Shown one piece after another: positions 18,970 to 30,444 of a stretch of DNA of 64,000 nt. The stretch is from an uncultured virus (IMG/VR IMGVR_UViG_2061766007_000286) (taxonomy: Duplodnaviria > Heunggongvirae > Uroviricota > Caudoviricetes). Both the position numbers and the translations under genes were made by a program. The stretch is taken from the IMG/VR virus record IMGVR_UViG_2061766007_000286. One strand, 5' to 3'. The notes under the pieces were generated by a model. The model saw only the letters and a list, made by a program, of their open reading frames with translations, did no database searches and was not told where the DNA came from. Positions within the stretch are counted from its first letter, which is position 1, and the number at the start of each line of letters is the position of its first letter.

Positions 18970-18996
18970 GAAAGGGGAGGCACCGCCTCCCCTTTC
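18970..18996. terminator. bidirectional hairpin terminator
   Basis: GAAAGGGGAGGC-acc-GCCTCCCCTTTC, a 12-bp perfect stem between convergent genes. Confidence 0.8.
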
Positions 18997-19001
18997 TTGC
19001 A

Positions 19002-22000
19002 TCATGTCATATCCGTGACGTTTGGTTTCCTTATGCCGTTCAACAGCTGCTTCACGGCATCCTCTATCGTAACGTCGCTGGCGAGTTCCTCTACTTCGAC
19101 ATGCTCGGCCGACATGCTGGGCTTTCTTGGACCGGTAAGCTCCACCGTGCTCACGAGAGAATCGTATATGTCCAGGTTGCTGCCGTAGACCGACGTGTCG
19201 TTCGGGTCGTTCGACTTGTTGCCGGTCGTCTTGCCCTTTACATCCGCGTTGGACGGGCCCGTCTTCGACATCGCCGCTATTCTGTTGTACATGTCGTACA
19301 GCTGGCTATACGGCACCTCGTCCTGGCTAGCTATTATGCCGAACTCGTTTTCTAGCAGATCGAACGACTTGGAGTTGGGGCTTCCCTCGTATTCGTCGTA
19401 CAGGAGAGGTATTCTCCCGTCGTCTATCGCCTTTCTGAACGCGTCGTATTCGTTGTAGATCTGGTCGGCTATCTGCTTGTGTATTCTGAGTGCGTCTCCG
19501 GCATACGGGACCCCGTCTGCATCGTATTTGCCTATGACAGAAATGTCGGTTTCCAGATACGTTGGCTTCACCGGTCTTCCGTCCTTCACCGAGGGCGGTT
19601 CGTATTTCGCGTCGTTTGCGTCGGGCAGCACGCTTTCGTCGGTCTTCTTGTAGTCGTCGAACTGGTAGAACACACCGTTCTCGTCGTATTCGCCTATGTA
19701 CATGTGTTCCGGATCCGCCTTCTGTTGCCCGAACATGTTGGCGTTCGTGAACGGCATCGACGGCAGAACGTCGTACGTCGCCATCGTCATCTTGCCTGTT
19801 GCCAGAGTTATGTACGAGCCGGCGACGGCGTTAGACGGATACACTCGTATGTTTTTGTACGCTTCCTCTCCGAGGAATTCCTTCACGAACTCGACCGGAT
19901 CGCTCTCGTAGTAGTTGTCTATCAGGTACTTGAACCTGCTTATATACTCGGACGACATGAGAACTCGGCACGACGAGTAGCTTCCGCAGAGCGCGTAATA
20001 CGTCATGAGCTGCTTGAACGACAGCGGGTTCTGGAGTCTCCACCCAACGATGTCGTGCGCCCCGACGAAGCTGGTTCCGTTGCTCGCCTGCTTCAGCTGC
20101 ACCATCTCCACGAAGTCGACGATGTTCTTCAGTATCAGGTTTTCCGGAATGACATAGTTGTTCACGCTTGTCGGCGGAACCCACATATCGCCGTTAATCT
20201 TTATTCCGTTTTCGTATTCGTCGCTGCCACGCACTATGTACGGGGTCGTCATGTTCGACAGATCGTCGGTCGGTTCGACGACATATCCGTTCTTGGTGAC
20301 GTTCACGTATGCGTTGGCAACGTATGGATCCTTCTGCGAAAGAACCGCGTCTCTGAACTTGTACGCGTCCTTGTGTCCGACGCCGATCGGCAGGAATTCC
20401 CAGTCGAAAAGGCTTGGGCCGGTTGCGAGCGTACCGCACCACACAACGTTCATCGGATCACCCACCTTTCCTTCGCGGCAGGCCGTCGTGAACTCCTCGG
20501 CGACGCGAGTCAGAGTTATCGCATCGTCGGAGCCGTCCTTTATCAGGGTCTTTCCGTCCACCGTCATTATCTGTATGGAAACGGCGAGCCCGTAGTTGTG
20601 CCACGAGAGGAACTCGGACGTTGGGCCGCCCATGTGCATNNNNNNNNNNGACGTTCATCGGATCGCCTATCTTTCCTTCACGGCAGGCCGTCGTGAACTC
20701 CTCGGCGACGCGAGTCAGGGTTATCGCGTCATCGGAGCCGTCCTTTATCAGGGTCTTTCCGTCCACAGTCATTATCTGTATGGAAACTGCAAGACCGTAG
20801 TTGTGCCACGAGAGGAACTCGGACGTTGGGCCGCCCATGTGCATGTTCTTCTGGTCTTCCATCGACCTGGCCGCGCTAACAACCTTGACTCTGGTGTCGG
20901 AGAACACCTGCTTCAATATCTTTATCAGTATGGCGGCCTTTTCGTATATGCCTATTCCCTTTCTGAGCGACTTTATGTCGTCGCTGGTTTCCGGGAACGG
21001 AGAGAAACCGCTGGTCAGGTTGTCAGGATCCTCTTCTCCGCGGCTTCTGCCGACGCCCTCTTCCTGCTGGAACGGCCCGTAGTCTATTATGGCCCTGCGG
21101 AAGATTATGGAGTCTGCTGGAAGATATGGCATCTCGTATTCCACGGAGACGTTGTCGCTCTCCGACACGAGCATGTCCGTGTTCATGAGGATCAGGTTGT
21201 TGATTGTTATCTTAGAAGTCGGTGTTCTTAGCGAATAATACTTTCCGAGATCGACATCTCCAAGCAGTATTCTAATGGCCGTTGAGCCGAGGAGTTCAGC
21301 ATAGAAGTCTCCATTCAGCATCGGTATGTCGGATGAACTTATGTTCACGCCGATTATGCGATCCTTGTTCGATATGCCGTTGTCGGATGCGTCGTTGAAT
21401 CCTTCAACTTCGTTCAAATCAGATACCTGGACAAGCAATGAGTTGCTCTTCTTGCTATATGCAGAACCCGGTACCTCTTCACCAACAGGAAGAATCTCTC
21501 CCTGTATCTTGGTGTTGTCGCGGAATCTGGAGTAGACGCCTGTATCTGTGAAATTTATCTCGTAGAATCTGACCTTTTCGTTCTTGGTTACATATTTGGT
21601 GTAAGATCCGCCGTTCTTGGTGACCTCCTTTGGAACCTTCCCCTTGCCGACGTATACCGGTATGAGAAGTCTGCAGAGACGGTCGTAGTCGACAGAGTCT
21701 TCATCATTGGAGGGCGCGCTTCTGGATATGTCGGTGTAAAATGTTCCAGATGGAAATACGGAATTTCCGGTATACTTTTCGTATTCCTTTATGCGATCGC
21801 GAATCTTGGAAAGATTGTCATTTAGTACAGCGAGCTTCGCTAGCAGTATTTCCGTGTATGAATCTGCGACATAATATCTTTTGCCCTTTACAATATCTTC
21901 GGCCTTTTCATTTTCATATGCTTTGATGGAATCTTCGTATGTTTTTTCCGAAAATTCTATAAGCTCGTCTGCGGCTTCTGGAGTTTTTATCTTGTCGCTT

Positions 22001-23748
22001 TCGTAATCATATTTCACCGACATGTCATGGTGTACAGTCGCCTGTCCGCCATATGTTACCTTGTACGTTGAAGGATCTCCCTCGTACCCGGTTAGCACCG
22101 TTTCACCCGGTACAAGCGCTTCATTGCTGGACGCGAGTTCCACATACCACTTTGATCGATATTCGGACGGCGTTTCTCCGTCGTCAGGCATCTGCTTGAA
22201 AACTCCGGAGACGCACTTCTTGAAGTCATTCTTCTTGAATATAATTGTACCGGTTCCGGAAACTGTTATGTTGTTGGCGAATTTTATCTCTCTTTTCGTT
22301 ACCCTCTTTTCCGAAGTCGAATTCGAATCGACAAGGCCATCGGTTTCAATATCTGGCCTTTCATTAAATATAACCCTTATTCTGGTTTCGCTTTCGTCTC
22401 CTTCATTGTGCTCATATACCTGCATGCCGATTATATCGGCATCTTCTTTTGCAGTATCGTTTGTCAACGTCACGTCGTCTTCAACGAGAAGAAGCACACT
22501 TGAGACATTCTCTTTTCTCTCATTGATCCAATCTTCAAGAGTCTTGTCGCTGTCCGCGCTCATTTTATACTTCATTATACTGTCATAACCGGAAGTGCCT
22601 TCCAAATCTTCCAACGTTATGCAGGAAAGCGATGTGTATTTTACTTCTCCGTTAAGTTTTACAACCTTGGTAAAAGGATGAACATCGTCGAAAACGCGAA
22701 CATTGTCTTTTGAAAGATCTATCGAGTAGCATGTTATGTTCTCAAGTTTCTTGTCGGACAAACTTGGATATATTGCACGAAGCTCGTCTTCGGAAAACTC
22801 CGTCGACACAACGAACGTGTCTTCGGAAAAATGGCGCAGATTGTTAAAAGAAACGGCCGAATACTTTATCGGAATGTTGTACAGTATTTTATACGCGGTC
22901 TCGAGCTCGTTCAGCAAATCTTCATACAGGTCAGTGTTGCCGAATTTCAATGTTTCAATGACGGTTCTGACACTCATCATGAAAGGGGTTCTTTCATCTG
23001 GATCTTCTGTTTTTATCTTTTTCGGGCCAACCTCTTTGTCTTTAAATGGAAATTTTGCCGCCACCGCCTTAGCTTCCGATAGAGTGCTCTTTGTTGTAAG
23101 CGGTGGTGATATCTTGTATGGGTCCTCCGGGTCTTCTTTTCGGATCTGCATTCCGTACTTTTTCGCCGATACCGACACACCATATTGAGACAGGGTTTCA
23201 TCGAGCTCCTTCAAGACCGAGTTGAACTTCTTTTTAGTCAATACACCAGGAATCGACCCCTCGCTTACCATTTTAAGTATCTGATATTCGGTATACTTTT
23301 CAAGATCCTCGGCCTTTATGATTCCACTGGCAACGGCGTATTCGTCTATGAGCCCAAGAACGGAGAACGCGTATTTATCACAAAAGGGTTCCGTCGATGT
23401 TATATTCTTGAACCTTGGTCTGAGAGGCACCTTGACCATGTCCTTGTCAAAGCAATATGGGGATTCTCCTTCCGGATATATGATTGTGATGCCGTCCGGC
23501 ACCAGTGCACCGTATTTATATTCGATGTATGGCAACCCGTTGGAGGTTTCCGGGTTTATCATCTTCACATCGCGTGTGAAAGTAAGGTCTACGTTCTCGT
23601 CCTGGGTTTTTTCGTCTTCTACCGTTGAAAGGTTCCCGTTTTCGTCCTCTACTGTGTATTTTTGCCGCATATCCATCTTCACGGGAGGCTGCGTTATCGT
23701 AGCCTCCTCGTAGACGGTGTTCCTCTTTTTGTGGCGGTAGAAGTCCAT
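19002..23748 (-). CDS. about 1510 aa virion protein with degenerate M15C peptidase-like domain (split by gap and allele duplication)
   Basis: ORFs 20458..23748 and 19002..20639 share the duplicated MHMGGPT...GDPMNV segment across the gap at 20640-20649; RSMEDQ...SWHNYGLAVSI. Confidence 0.65.
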
Positions 23749-23772
23749 TATTCCGGCGGATTATCCGGTTTA

Positions 23773-23780
23773 AGTTTATA
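23773..23780 (-). promoter_or_regulatory. putative late promoter TATAAACT
   Basis: 24 nt upstream of ATG 23748. Confidence 0.65.
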
Positions 23781-23781
23781 C

Positions 23782-24297
23782 CTAAGCGGAAAAATCGTCG
23801 GTATCGTCCGGCTCCGGCGCCCGGTTCCCCATCTCCACCATGTTGGTGCAGTTGCCGATGTTAACCATGTGCAGAACGCCGTCCTTGTCGATGTACTCGC
23901 CGTTGTTGTGTATCACCGTGTCGTTCAACCTGACAGTGTGGTCCGAGTACTGCTTGCATTTGCGCCAGCTCTGTATGAACGCGTTGCTTATTATGGTTGC
24001 GAAGTAGTTGTACGGGTCCATGGCCTTCCCTGCCTTGTATCTGTGCCCGTATTTTAGCAGGTGCTCTATTGCTCTTCCGCGGAATTCCTCTTTCCAGTCC
24101 TCAGAATACCCTCTCCAGGAGGACGATCCGAGCGTTTTATCTATGATGATTAGCATTATCTGCGCCAATTCGTCTGGCATCGACGCGTCTGGGTTGATGG
24201 ATTTGACCTCTTTCCATGCAAACAGCAGCTTTCCGAGATATTCTTTGTCGATCTTGCCGTTTCTCATGTCTTCAAGATCTGTTTTCGATAGGGGCAT
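23782..24297 (-). CDS. late-transcription sigma factor, T4 gp55-like
   Basis: WRGYSEDWKEEFRGRAIEHLLKY...DPYNYFATIISNAFIQ matches the gp55 core pattern; 171 aa. Confidence 0.8.
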   Translation of the reverse strand: MPLSKTDLEDMRNGKIDKEYLGKLLFAWKEVKSINPDASMPDELAQIMLIIIDKTLGSSSWRGYSEDWKEEFRGRAIEHLLKYGHRYKAGKAMDPYNYFATIISNAFIQSWRKCKQYSDHTVRLNDTVIHNNGEYIDKDGVLHMVNIGNCTNMVEMGNRAPEPDDTDDFSA

Positions 24298-24338
24298 AAG
24301 GCATTCCTTGTCGGTGAATCGCTCACCGTTTTAACATT

Positions 24339-24352
24339 AATATAGGTTTTTT
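24339..24352 (-). promoter_or_regulatory. putative early/middle promoter
   Basis: AAAAAACCTATATT upstream of the gp55-like gene. Confidence 0.55.
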
Positions 24353-24455
24353 CAAATTTTTGTGTTATTATTCGTACAAAATCGAACAATCATCTTTCGG
24401 TCAAAAACGAGTTGCTTCAAAACTCACCAAAAACGGTTTTTGGGCCTTTCGCCTT

Positions 24456-24463
24456 TATAAACT
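24456..24463 (+). promoter_or_regulatory. putative late promoter TATAAACT
   Basis: 28 nt upstream of the sheath ATG 24492. Confidence 0.7.
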
Positions 24464-24491
24464 ATATGTAACAGGATTCTGGGGTTCACAT

Positions 24492-27400
24492 ATGCCAGTC
24501 TATAATCAGGGCGCTCCCGGCGTCAGAATAGTATTGAACGACAACAGCGAAGTGACGGTTACCACTAACCCGAACATCACCGCCGGTATAGTCGGTCCCT
24601 CCTCAAAGGGGGAATTCAACTCTATCCGCACCCTCACTTCCACCGCCGAAATCGACACGTATCTCGGCGCTGGATACAACAGCTACAAGTATAATCAGGC
24701 CCTGTATGCGGCCAGATCTATCATAACCGCCGGCGGTTTCGTGGAATTCGTCCGCCCGTTCGGCGAAGAAGTCGTCACCGACAGAAAGGACCCCGCTTAC
24801 AAGACCAATCAGGCTCTTAAGACGGACTCGTATCTCGTCAGCTACGACTTCAATGCCGAGAATCCAGCCGACACTTCCCTCAGCATCGGATTCAACGCCG
24901 CTACCCGCTACTATGTGGACGGCATGACCGGCAAGGGGAGCCGCGAGATCTACAACATCGCCAAGGCCATCAAGGAGCACAAGAACCACAATTTCGTGGT
25001 GAACGCTCCCGTCGAGGCCGACAGCGCCGGCACCCAGAAGAAGATCCCCCTGTTCGCCATCATGAACACGGACCCGACCGCGGCCGTTCGCGCCGGTGAA
25101 TTCATCGAGATCAGAAGCATCACCGGCAACGGATCCGAAGTCACCGTCCAGACCAAGGGAACCCACGGCCTGACCAAGGACCAGGAAGTCCGCATCTGCG
25201 GTACCGATACGTTCGATACCGGAAACGACACCGTAAAGGTGACCTATGCGACAGCTTCCACCTTCAGATATGCCAGCACCATCGTCGGTACAGGAAGCAC
25301 CGGTGCCGTTTACGTGAACGAAGACACCGTTGAAACCGGAGTGGACTACCTCCGAGTTTCCACCGTGTCCGCCGGACAGGTCTCCAAGAAGGTCTCCTAC
25401 ATCGACGCTTCCGGTGAAATCGCCGACGGCGAAACTGCTTCTGTCACTTTCACGAACAGCAAGTGCGAGGAAAAGACTTATGACATTGCTGGTGTGAACT
25501 GCGACTATGAAGTGCAGAAATACTTTAAAAACGCGAAGTTGAGTGACGTTAATGGGTCTAATGCCGCCTACACCAACTCAAACTTCTCCATTAATCTTGA
25601 CAAGGCTCTTAAAAACGATGACATAGATGTGAAGTTCGCAATAACAAGCGGATCAATCACTTGGTCGAAGACAGTTACTACCGAAGTCTCTCATGATGCG
25701 GACGATACGCACGATGAACCGTGGACCGAAACTGTTGTCACCGAAACCCAGACCGGAACCTGGATAGACGCAGATTCCGGTGAGATCTCCGTCGATAGCT
25801 TTGTAGCAGCCGATGGAGCAACCACGATCGTATTCGCCGGCACTGGAGACGAAGCCAAGGACGCGGAAGCCAAAGCCGCCGACGAGCTGATAATAACCAG
25901 CGGTACCAAGTTCTCTGTCAAGTATAGAGAAGCGGCTTACACGAACGCCGTCCTTTCTTCCGAAGACATGAAGAACTTCGAAATCGGTGACAGAATCAAG
26001 GTCGATTCGGACGATGCCATCGTTACCGGAAAGGCCGGAAACGAAATCACATACGACATCATCAACGGTACATCCGTGTATCCTAAGCAGTTCACTGCCG
26101 AGGAAACCGGCAAGATCTACAACTACACCGCAACTCTGCGCGGTCTCAGAAACGCCATCCTTGAAGACGACGGCTCGATCACCAAGTCTCCAAGCACGGA
26201 CAAGTCGTTCAGCTACGGCTCCGGCATTGACGAAGCCACCAATGAAATCCTGATGAGCGAAAGCGTCAATGAATTCTCCGTTGACGACACCGTGTTCATC
26301 CCAGGATTCGTCAACAGAGCTGAAACCGGTTACTTCAAGACTTCTGAAACTGATACCAATAGCGGTTACTACAAGATCTACGCGATCGACTATACCAACA
26401 ACCGCGTGACCCTCAAGGCCATCGACGGAACCACACCGCTCCCCGTAAAGGCTTACACGTGCAAGGGAGATGTGACTGTGGCTGATGATGTCGTAACGAC
26501 CACTCTTCGCTGCGACTCTGGAGACCGCGTTCTTGTCCAGACCGGCACAGACACCACCGGAAATCCTGTTCTTACCGAAGGTGTTGTTGGTTCCTCTGAA
26601 GTAGTTAAAACGGTGGTTGGAGAGACAATCACAATCAACTATATCATCACCATCACGAACAAGAGCGGTGCCGTAACTCCGGTTTCTGGCACCGAAATCA
26701 GAAACCTCAGCATCGAAGCCGAAACCGACCTGGTCATGTACGATGTGACGAAGGCCAATGCCTCTCTCTTCATCGACAATGCCTGGTCCAACGTCGGCTC
26801 ACCCAAGGTCGGTGACACCAGACTCTACTCNNNNNNNNNNATCAACAGAGCTGAAACCGGTTACTTCAAGGCTTCTGAAACTGATACCAATGGCGGTTAC
26901 TACAAGATCTACGCGATCGACTATACCAACAACCGCGTGACCATCAAGGCCATCGACGGAGCCACTCCGCTCCCAGTAAAGGCTTACACCTGCAAGGGAA
27001 CCGTGACGGTTACCACCGATCCTGAAACAACAGCTGATGTCATAACGACCACTCTTCGCTGCGACTCCGGAGACCGCGTTCTTGTCCAGACCGACACGGA
27101 TGCCATCGGAAATCCCGTTCTGACTGAAGGTGTTGTTGGTTCCTCTGAATACGACGGGGAAAAATACACCATCACAATCACGAACAAGAGCGGCGTCGTA
27201 ACTCCGGTTTCTGGCACCGAAATCAGAAACCTCAGTATCGAAGCAGAAACCGACCTTGTCATGTACGATGTGACGAAGGCCAATGCCTCTCTCTTCATCG
27301 ACAACGCCTGGTCCAACGTCGGCTCACCCAAGGTCGGTGACACCAGACTCTACTCGATCAACAAGTTCGAGATCGCCGTTCCAGCTCTCAAGCAGAACGT

Positions 27401-28991
27401 CAAGGGTCTGTTCTCGACGGAAGATGCCGCGTTCACAGCCGACACCTCCCTCAACGAAAAAGCCGATGCATGGAGAACCCCAGTTCTTCACGAAAACATC
27501 ATCGTCGACTCGATCCTCGGCAACACCTTCGTGTCTCTCGGTCTCGCCACCGAAGCCATGATCGACATCAACTTCAACGGACGTCCCTCCAAGGTGTACA
27601 GACTCACCGACGAAGGGTTCGCCGTCGCAAGACTCTTCCTCTATGTCGAATACATGTTCGCCGGCGACCTCTACCGCTTCTCCGGCACGGTTGCTCCGAT
27701 GATCGTGAACGACACGAACATCTACATCAAGACCGCTGCCGACAGCATCGCCAACGGCTGGGAACTCGTGATGAACGAAAACCCGATGTTTGAAGCTGCT
27801 GTCGAGGAAACAGACTTCGACCTCTCGAAGTCCATGGTGGAAGGCAAGATGACCGGCTATGTGACGAAGCTCGCCGCCGACGGCAACGACGCGGCTCTTC
27901 AGAACTACGCGATCTGGTCATACGACCCGATGAACAACAACTCGTCCGCGACCTACCAGAACGCCTGGCAGCTCTTCCTGGACAAGGACAATGCCTACTC
28001 AGACATGCTGGTGGCCTGCGGCACTAACGTAAAGAACCTCTTCAAGCCCGGCTATGAAGAGATCGACTACAACGTGATCGCCACGATGCTCGACATCTGC
28101 GAAAAGAGAAAGGACCTGTACTGCATCTTCGACGGCGTGGACGAACCCAATATCGACACGGCTCTCCGCAAGATGATCTCCACAGGAAACTTCGGTGACG
28201 TTGGCAGATGNNNNNNNNNNATGTACTGCATCTTCGACGGTGTGGACGAACCCAACATCGACACCGCTCTCCGCAAGATGATCTCCACAGGAAACTTCGG
28301 TGACGTTGGCAGATGGGGTGCCATCTACGACGGTCGCTCGATCTTCCGCGACGACATCTACACCCGGTCCGAAGTACCCGCGCTCAAGACCATTGAAGTC
28401 GCTACCATCATGTGCCTGAACCGCGCCGGTGGCCAGTGGTGGTTGCCGCCTGCCGGTTACACATACGGCGCGATTCCCGGAGCCAATGCCGTCAAGCAGA
28501 AGTACGTCCGCACGTACAACTACGCCGACGACCCGAACTCCGACATCGCCCGTCTGTACGACGCAGGCATCAACCCGACCCGCGTGAACCAGCTCGGCCA
28601 GTTCATCTATGGTCAGAAGACGATGCTCAAGCGCACAACCGCTCTGAACAGAATCAACTGCATCGCACTGGTGGCCGGTGTCCACAAGCGGTTCTCCAGC
28701 TACCTTGATACCAAGACGTTCCAGCTCAACACGGCGGAACTTCGCGCCAACATACAGACCTATCTCCAGACCCAGCTTGACAGCATCACCGCTTCCAACC
28801 CCTCTGGTCTGACGAGCGGTACCTGTATCTGCGACGAAACCAACAATACGCCGGATATTATAGACACGAACCAGTTGATCGTCGACATTTACCTGCAGCC
28901 GACTCGCTCCGCCGAGTTCATCACGCTGCGCACTACAGTGCAGAGAACGGGTGATACCACGACGTCCAACACAACCATCATAGGAGGATAA
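24492..28991 (+). CDS. contractile tail sheath protein, T4 gp18-like, with large insertion domains (two gaps, duplicated segments)
   Basis: N-terminal APGVRIVLND...GIVGPSSKG; C-terminal WLPPAGYTYG, LYDAGINP, IYGQKT, ALNRIN, ICDETNNTPDIID, IYLQPTRSAEFITL. Start at ATG 24492. Confidence 0.92.
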   Translation: MPVYNQGAPGVRIVLNDNSEVTVTTNPNITAGIVGPSSKGEFNSIRTLTSTAEIDTYLGAGYNSYKYNQALYAARSIITAGGFVEFVRPFGEEVVTDRKDPAYKTNQALKTDSYLVSYDFNAENPADTSLSIGFNAATRYYVDGMTGKGSREIYNIAKAIKEHKNHNFVVNAPVEADSAGTQKKIPLFAIMNTDPTAAVRAGEFIEIRSITGNGSEVTVQTKGTHGLTKDQEVRICGTDTFDTGNDTVKVTYATASTFRYASTIVGTGSTGAVYVNEDTVETGVDYLRVSTVSAGQVSKKVSYIDASGEIADGETASVTFTNSKCEEKTYDIAGVNCDYEVQKYFKNAKLSDVNGSNAAYTNSNFSINLDKALKNDDIDVKFAITSGSITWSKTVTTEVSHDADDTHDEPWTETVVTETQTGTWIDADSGEISVDSFVAADGATTIVFAGTGDEAKDAEAKAADELIITSGTKFSVKYREAAYTNAVLSSEDMKNFEIGDRIKVDSDDAIVTGKAGNEITYDIINGTSVYPKQFTAEETGKIYNYTATLRGLRNAILEDDGSITKSPSTDKSFSYGSGIDEATNEILMSESVNEFSVDDTVFIPGFVNRAETGYFKTSETDTNSGYYKIYAIDYTNNRVTLKAIDGTTPLPVKAYTCKGDVTVADDVVTTTLRCDSGDRVLVQTGTDTTGNPVLTEGVVGSSEVVKTVVGETITINYIITITNKSGAVTPVSGTEIRNLSIEAETDLVMYDVTKANASLFIDNAWSNVGSPKVGDTRLYXXXXINRAETGYFKASETDTNGGYYKIYAIDYTNNRVTIKAIDGATPLPVKAYTCKGTVTVTTDPETTADVITTTLRCDSGDRVLVQTDTDAIGNPVLTEGVVGSSEYDGEKYTITITNKSGVVTPVSGTEIRNLSIEAETDLVMYDVTKANASLFIDNAWSNVGSPKVGDTRLYSINKFEIAVPALKQNVKGLFSTEDAAFTADTSLNEKADAWRTPVLHENIIVDSILGNTFVSLGLATEAMIDINFNGRPSKVYRLTDEGFAVARLFLYVEYMFAGDLYRFSGTVAPMIVNDTNIYIKTAADSIANGWELVMNENPMFEAAVEETDFDLSKSMVEGKMTGYVTKLAADGNDAALQNYAIWSYDPMNNNSSATYQNAWQLFLDKDNAYSDMLVACGTNVKNLFKPGYEEIDYNVIATMLDICEKRKDLYCIFDGVDEPNIDTALRKMISTGNFGDVGRXXXXMYCIFDGVDEPNIDTALRKMISTGNFGDVGRWGAIYDGRSIFRDDIYTRSEVPALKTIEVATIMCLNRAGGQWWLPPAGYTYGAIPGANAVKQKYVRTYNYADDPNSDIARLYDAGINPTRVNQLGQFIYGQKTMLKRTTALNRINCIALVAGVHKRFSSYLDTKTFQLNTAELRANIQTYLQTQLDSITASNPSGLTSGTCICDETNNTPDIIDTNQLIVDIYLQPTRSAEFITLRTTVQRTGDTTTSNTTIIGG

Positions 28992-28994
28992 TCC

Positions 28995-29744
28995 ATGGCA
29001 ACTACGGACTCTGCCAATTCATTCAACTCTTCCCTGTTCTATGTTTCCGAGCTGGACAACAAGCGGGACCCCGTACGCAGTACTAAATGGCGACTGATCA
29101 TACCGGGAAACATTCTTACCGTCATAGGGAACTACAAGCTCTCAAACGGGAAAGATAGCTCGACGGACCTGGAACTGTCTAGGGAATTCGCCGTAGGTAT
29201 TCAGGGGTTCACAATGCCCCAGATACAGACGCAAGCACAGAAGCTCCTGTTCATGGGGTTTGAAAGCAACTTCCCAACCGGTCAGTCAAACCTTGCTTCT
29301 ACTACAAACGTTACAATCAACATGTTCGAGGACATGCGCTCCTATGAATACATTTCGTCCTGGAACCAGAGCTGCTACAACACCGGCGTCCTTGAAGACG
29401 AGAACAAGAACAACAGAACCGCTCAGAGCGGACTGAAGCTTGGTCTCGGTACTCACAAGGACAACATCACCAACGAAGCCAACAGGCACGACCTGCTTCG
29501 TTCCGATGTCAAGTTCCAGCTCTATAACTGGGCAAACGGTAACATCATTCTGGAATGCCGACTGATCAACGCATGGCCTAGCACCGTTGGCAGCGTTTCC
29601 GCGTTCAACTATGCGACAAACGCCAACCTGGTCACGTTCCAGACAACGTTCACCTACGACCGGTTCAAGCTCTTCATTCCCAAACAGTACAATGCCACTT
29701 GGGAAAACACCGGCACTGGCAGGAACGCAACCCCGACGGCCTAA
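28995..29744 (+). CDS. tail tube protein, T4 gp19-like
   Basis: Follows the sheath gene; RLINAWPSTVGSV...FQTTFTYD motif. Confidence 0.8.
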   Translation: MATTDSANSFNSSLFYVSELDNKRDPVRSTKWRLIIPGNILTVIGNYKLSNGKDSSTDLELSREFAVGIQGFTMPQIQTQAQKLLFMGFESNFPTGQSNLASTTNVTINMFEDMRSYEYISSWNQSCYNTGVLEDENKNNRTAQSGLKLGLGTHKDNITNEANRHDLLRSDVKFQLYNWANGNIILECRLINAWPSTVGSVSAFNYATNANLVTFQTTFTYDRFKLFIPKQYNATWENTGTGRNATPTA

Positions 29745-29745
29745 A

Positions 29746-30444
29746 ATGAGAGTACTCACAAGCGTTCTGTTCGATACGCTCAAAAAGAACGGCTCCATAA
29801 CAGGAGCCGTTCTTGAAAGCATCGAGGACATAGCCAACTCCGTCAAGGAGGAGATAAGCGGCTCCGAAAGGCGCGCCATAGAAGAGTTCCCGGAGCAGTT
29901 CATCGCCCGCATACCGACAACGCCGGGAGAATGGACGACGCAGCTGCACATATGGGCTACACAGGGTGTCAAGGAGATCTTCGACATGAACTCCGACTAC
30001 CTGGCATTCCAGGACAGCGAACGGAACACCGTCTATATCTGCCTGACGCACAACGTACTCAATACCGGCAGAGTCGATTATGACGACATCGTGAAGCTGC
30101 TCGACTGCGATACCACCACAGAGGACGAGGACGGAAACCCCATATCGATTGTTTCAATTCGAAACAATGAAGGCGAAACTCCTCTGACCCTTATAGTGGA
30201 TCGCGCGTTCGGCAAGGGCAAATACTCCAAGTACAAAAAGGACGAGAAGCTCATCAAGATGCTCACCGAGTACGTGTCCGACATGGACAATGAACCAGCA
30301 CCAGAACAAACGCCGGAACCTATTAAGAAAAAGAAGGTCACCAAGCCAACGCCCGAACCCGAACCTGATCAGGAAGAAGAAATTCCAGAGGATCTTGAAA
30401 CGGTAGAGGATCCAAAATCAAAAAAAAAAATAAAAGCGTCCTAA
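29746..30444 (+). CDS. ankyrin-repeat-like protein with conserved N-terminal leader
   Basis: ATG 29746 follows the tube stop; TTQLHIWATQG, QDSERNTVY, DIVKLL, RNNEGETPLTL, LIKML. Confidence 0.55.
   Translation: MRVLTSVLFDTLKKNGSITGAVLESIEDIANSVKEEISGSERRAIEEFPEQFIARIPTTPGEWTTQLHIWATQGVKEIFDMNSDYLAFQDSERNTVYICLTHNVLNTGRVDYDDIVKLLDCDTTTEDEDGNPISIVSIRNNEGETPLTLIVDRAFGKGKYSKYKKDEKLIKMLTEYVSDMDNEPAPEQTPEPIKKKKVTKPTPEPEPDQEEEIPEDLETVEDPKSKKKIKAS
30420..30430 (+). other. A11 homopolymer, candidate -1 frameshift/slippage site
   Basis: TCA AAA AAA AAA ATA; the -1 frame is open from 30399 to 30962. Confidence 0.55.

Noticed and set aside
20445..20844. Near-identical repeat pairs as diversity-generating retroelement TR/VR or true tandem repeats
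   Set aside because: Each pair straddles an N-gap, differences are mostly synonymous and not adenine-specific, and no reverse transcriptase is present.
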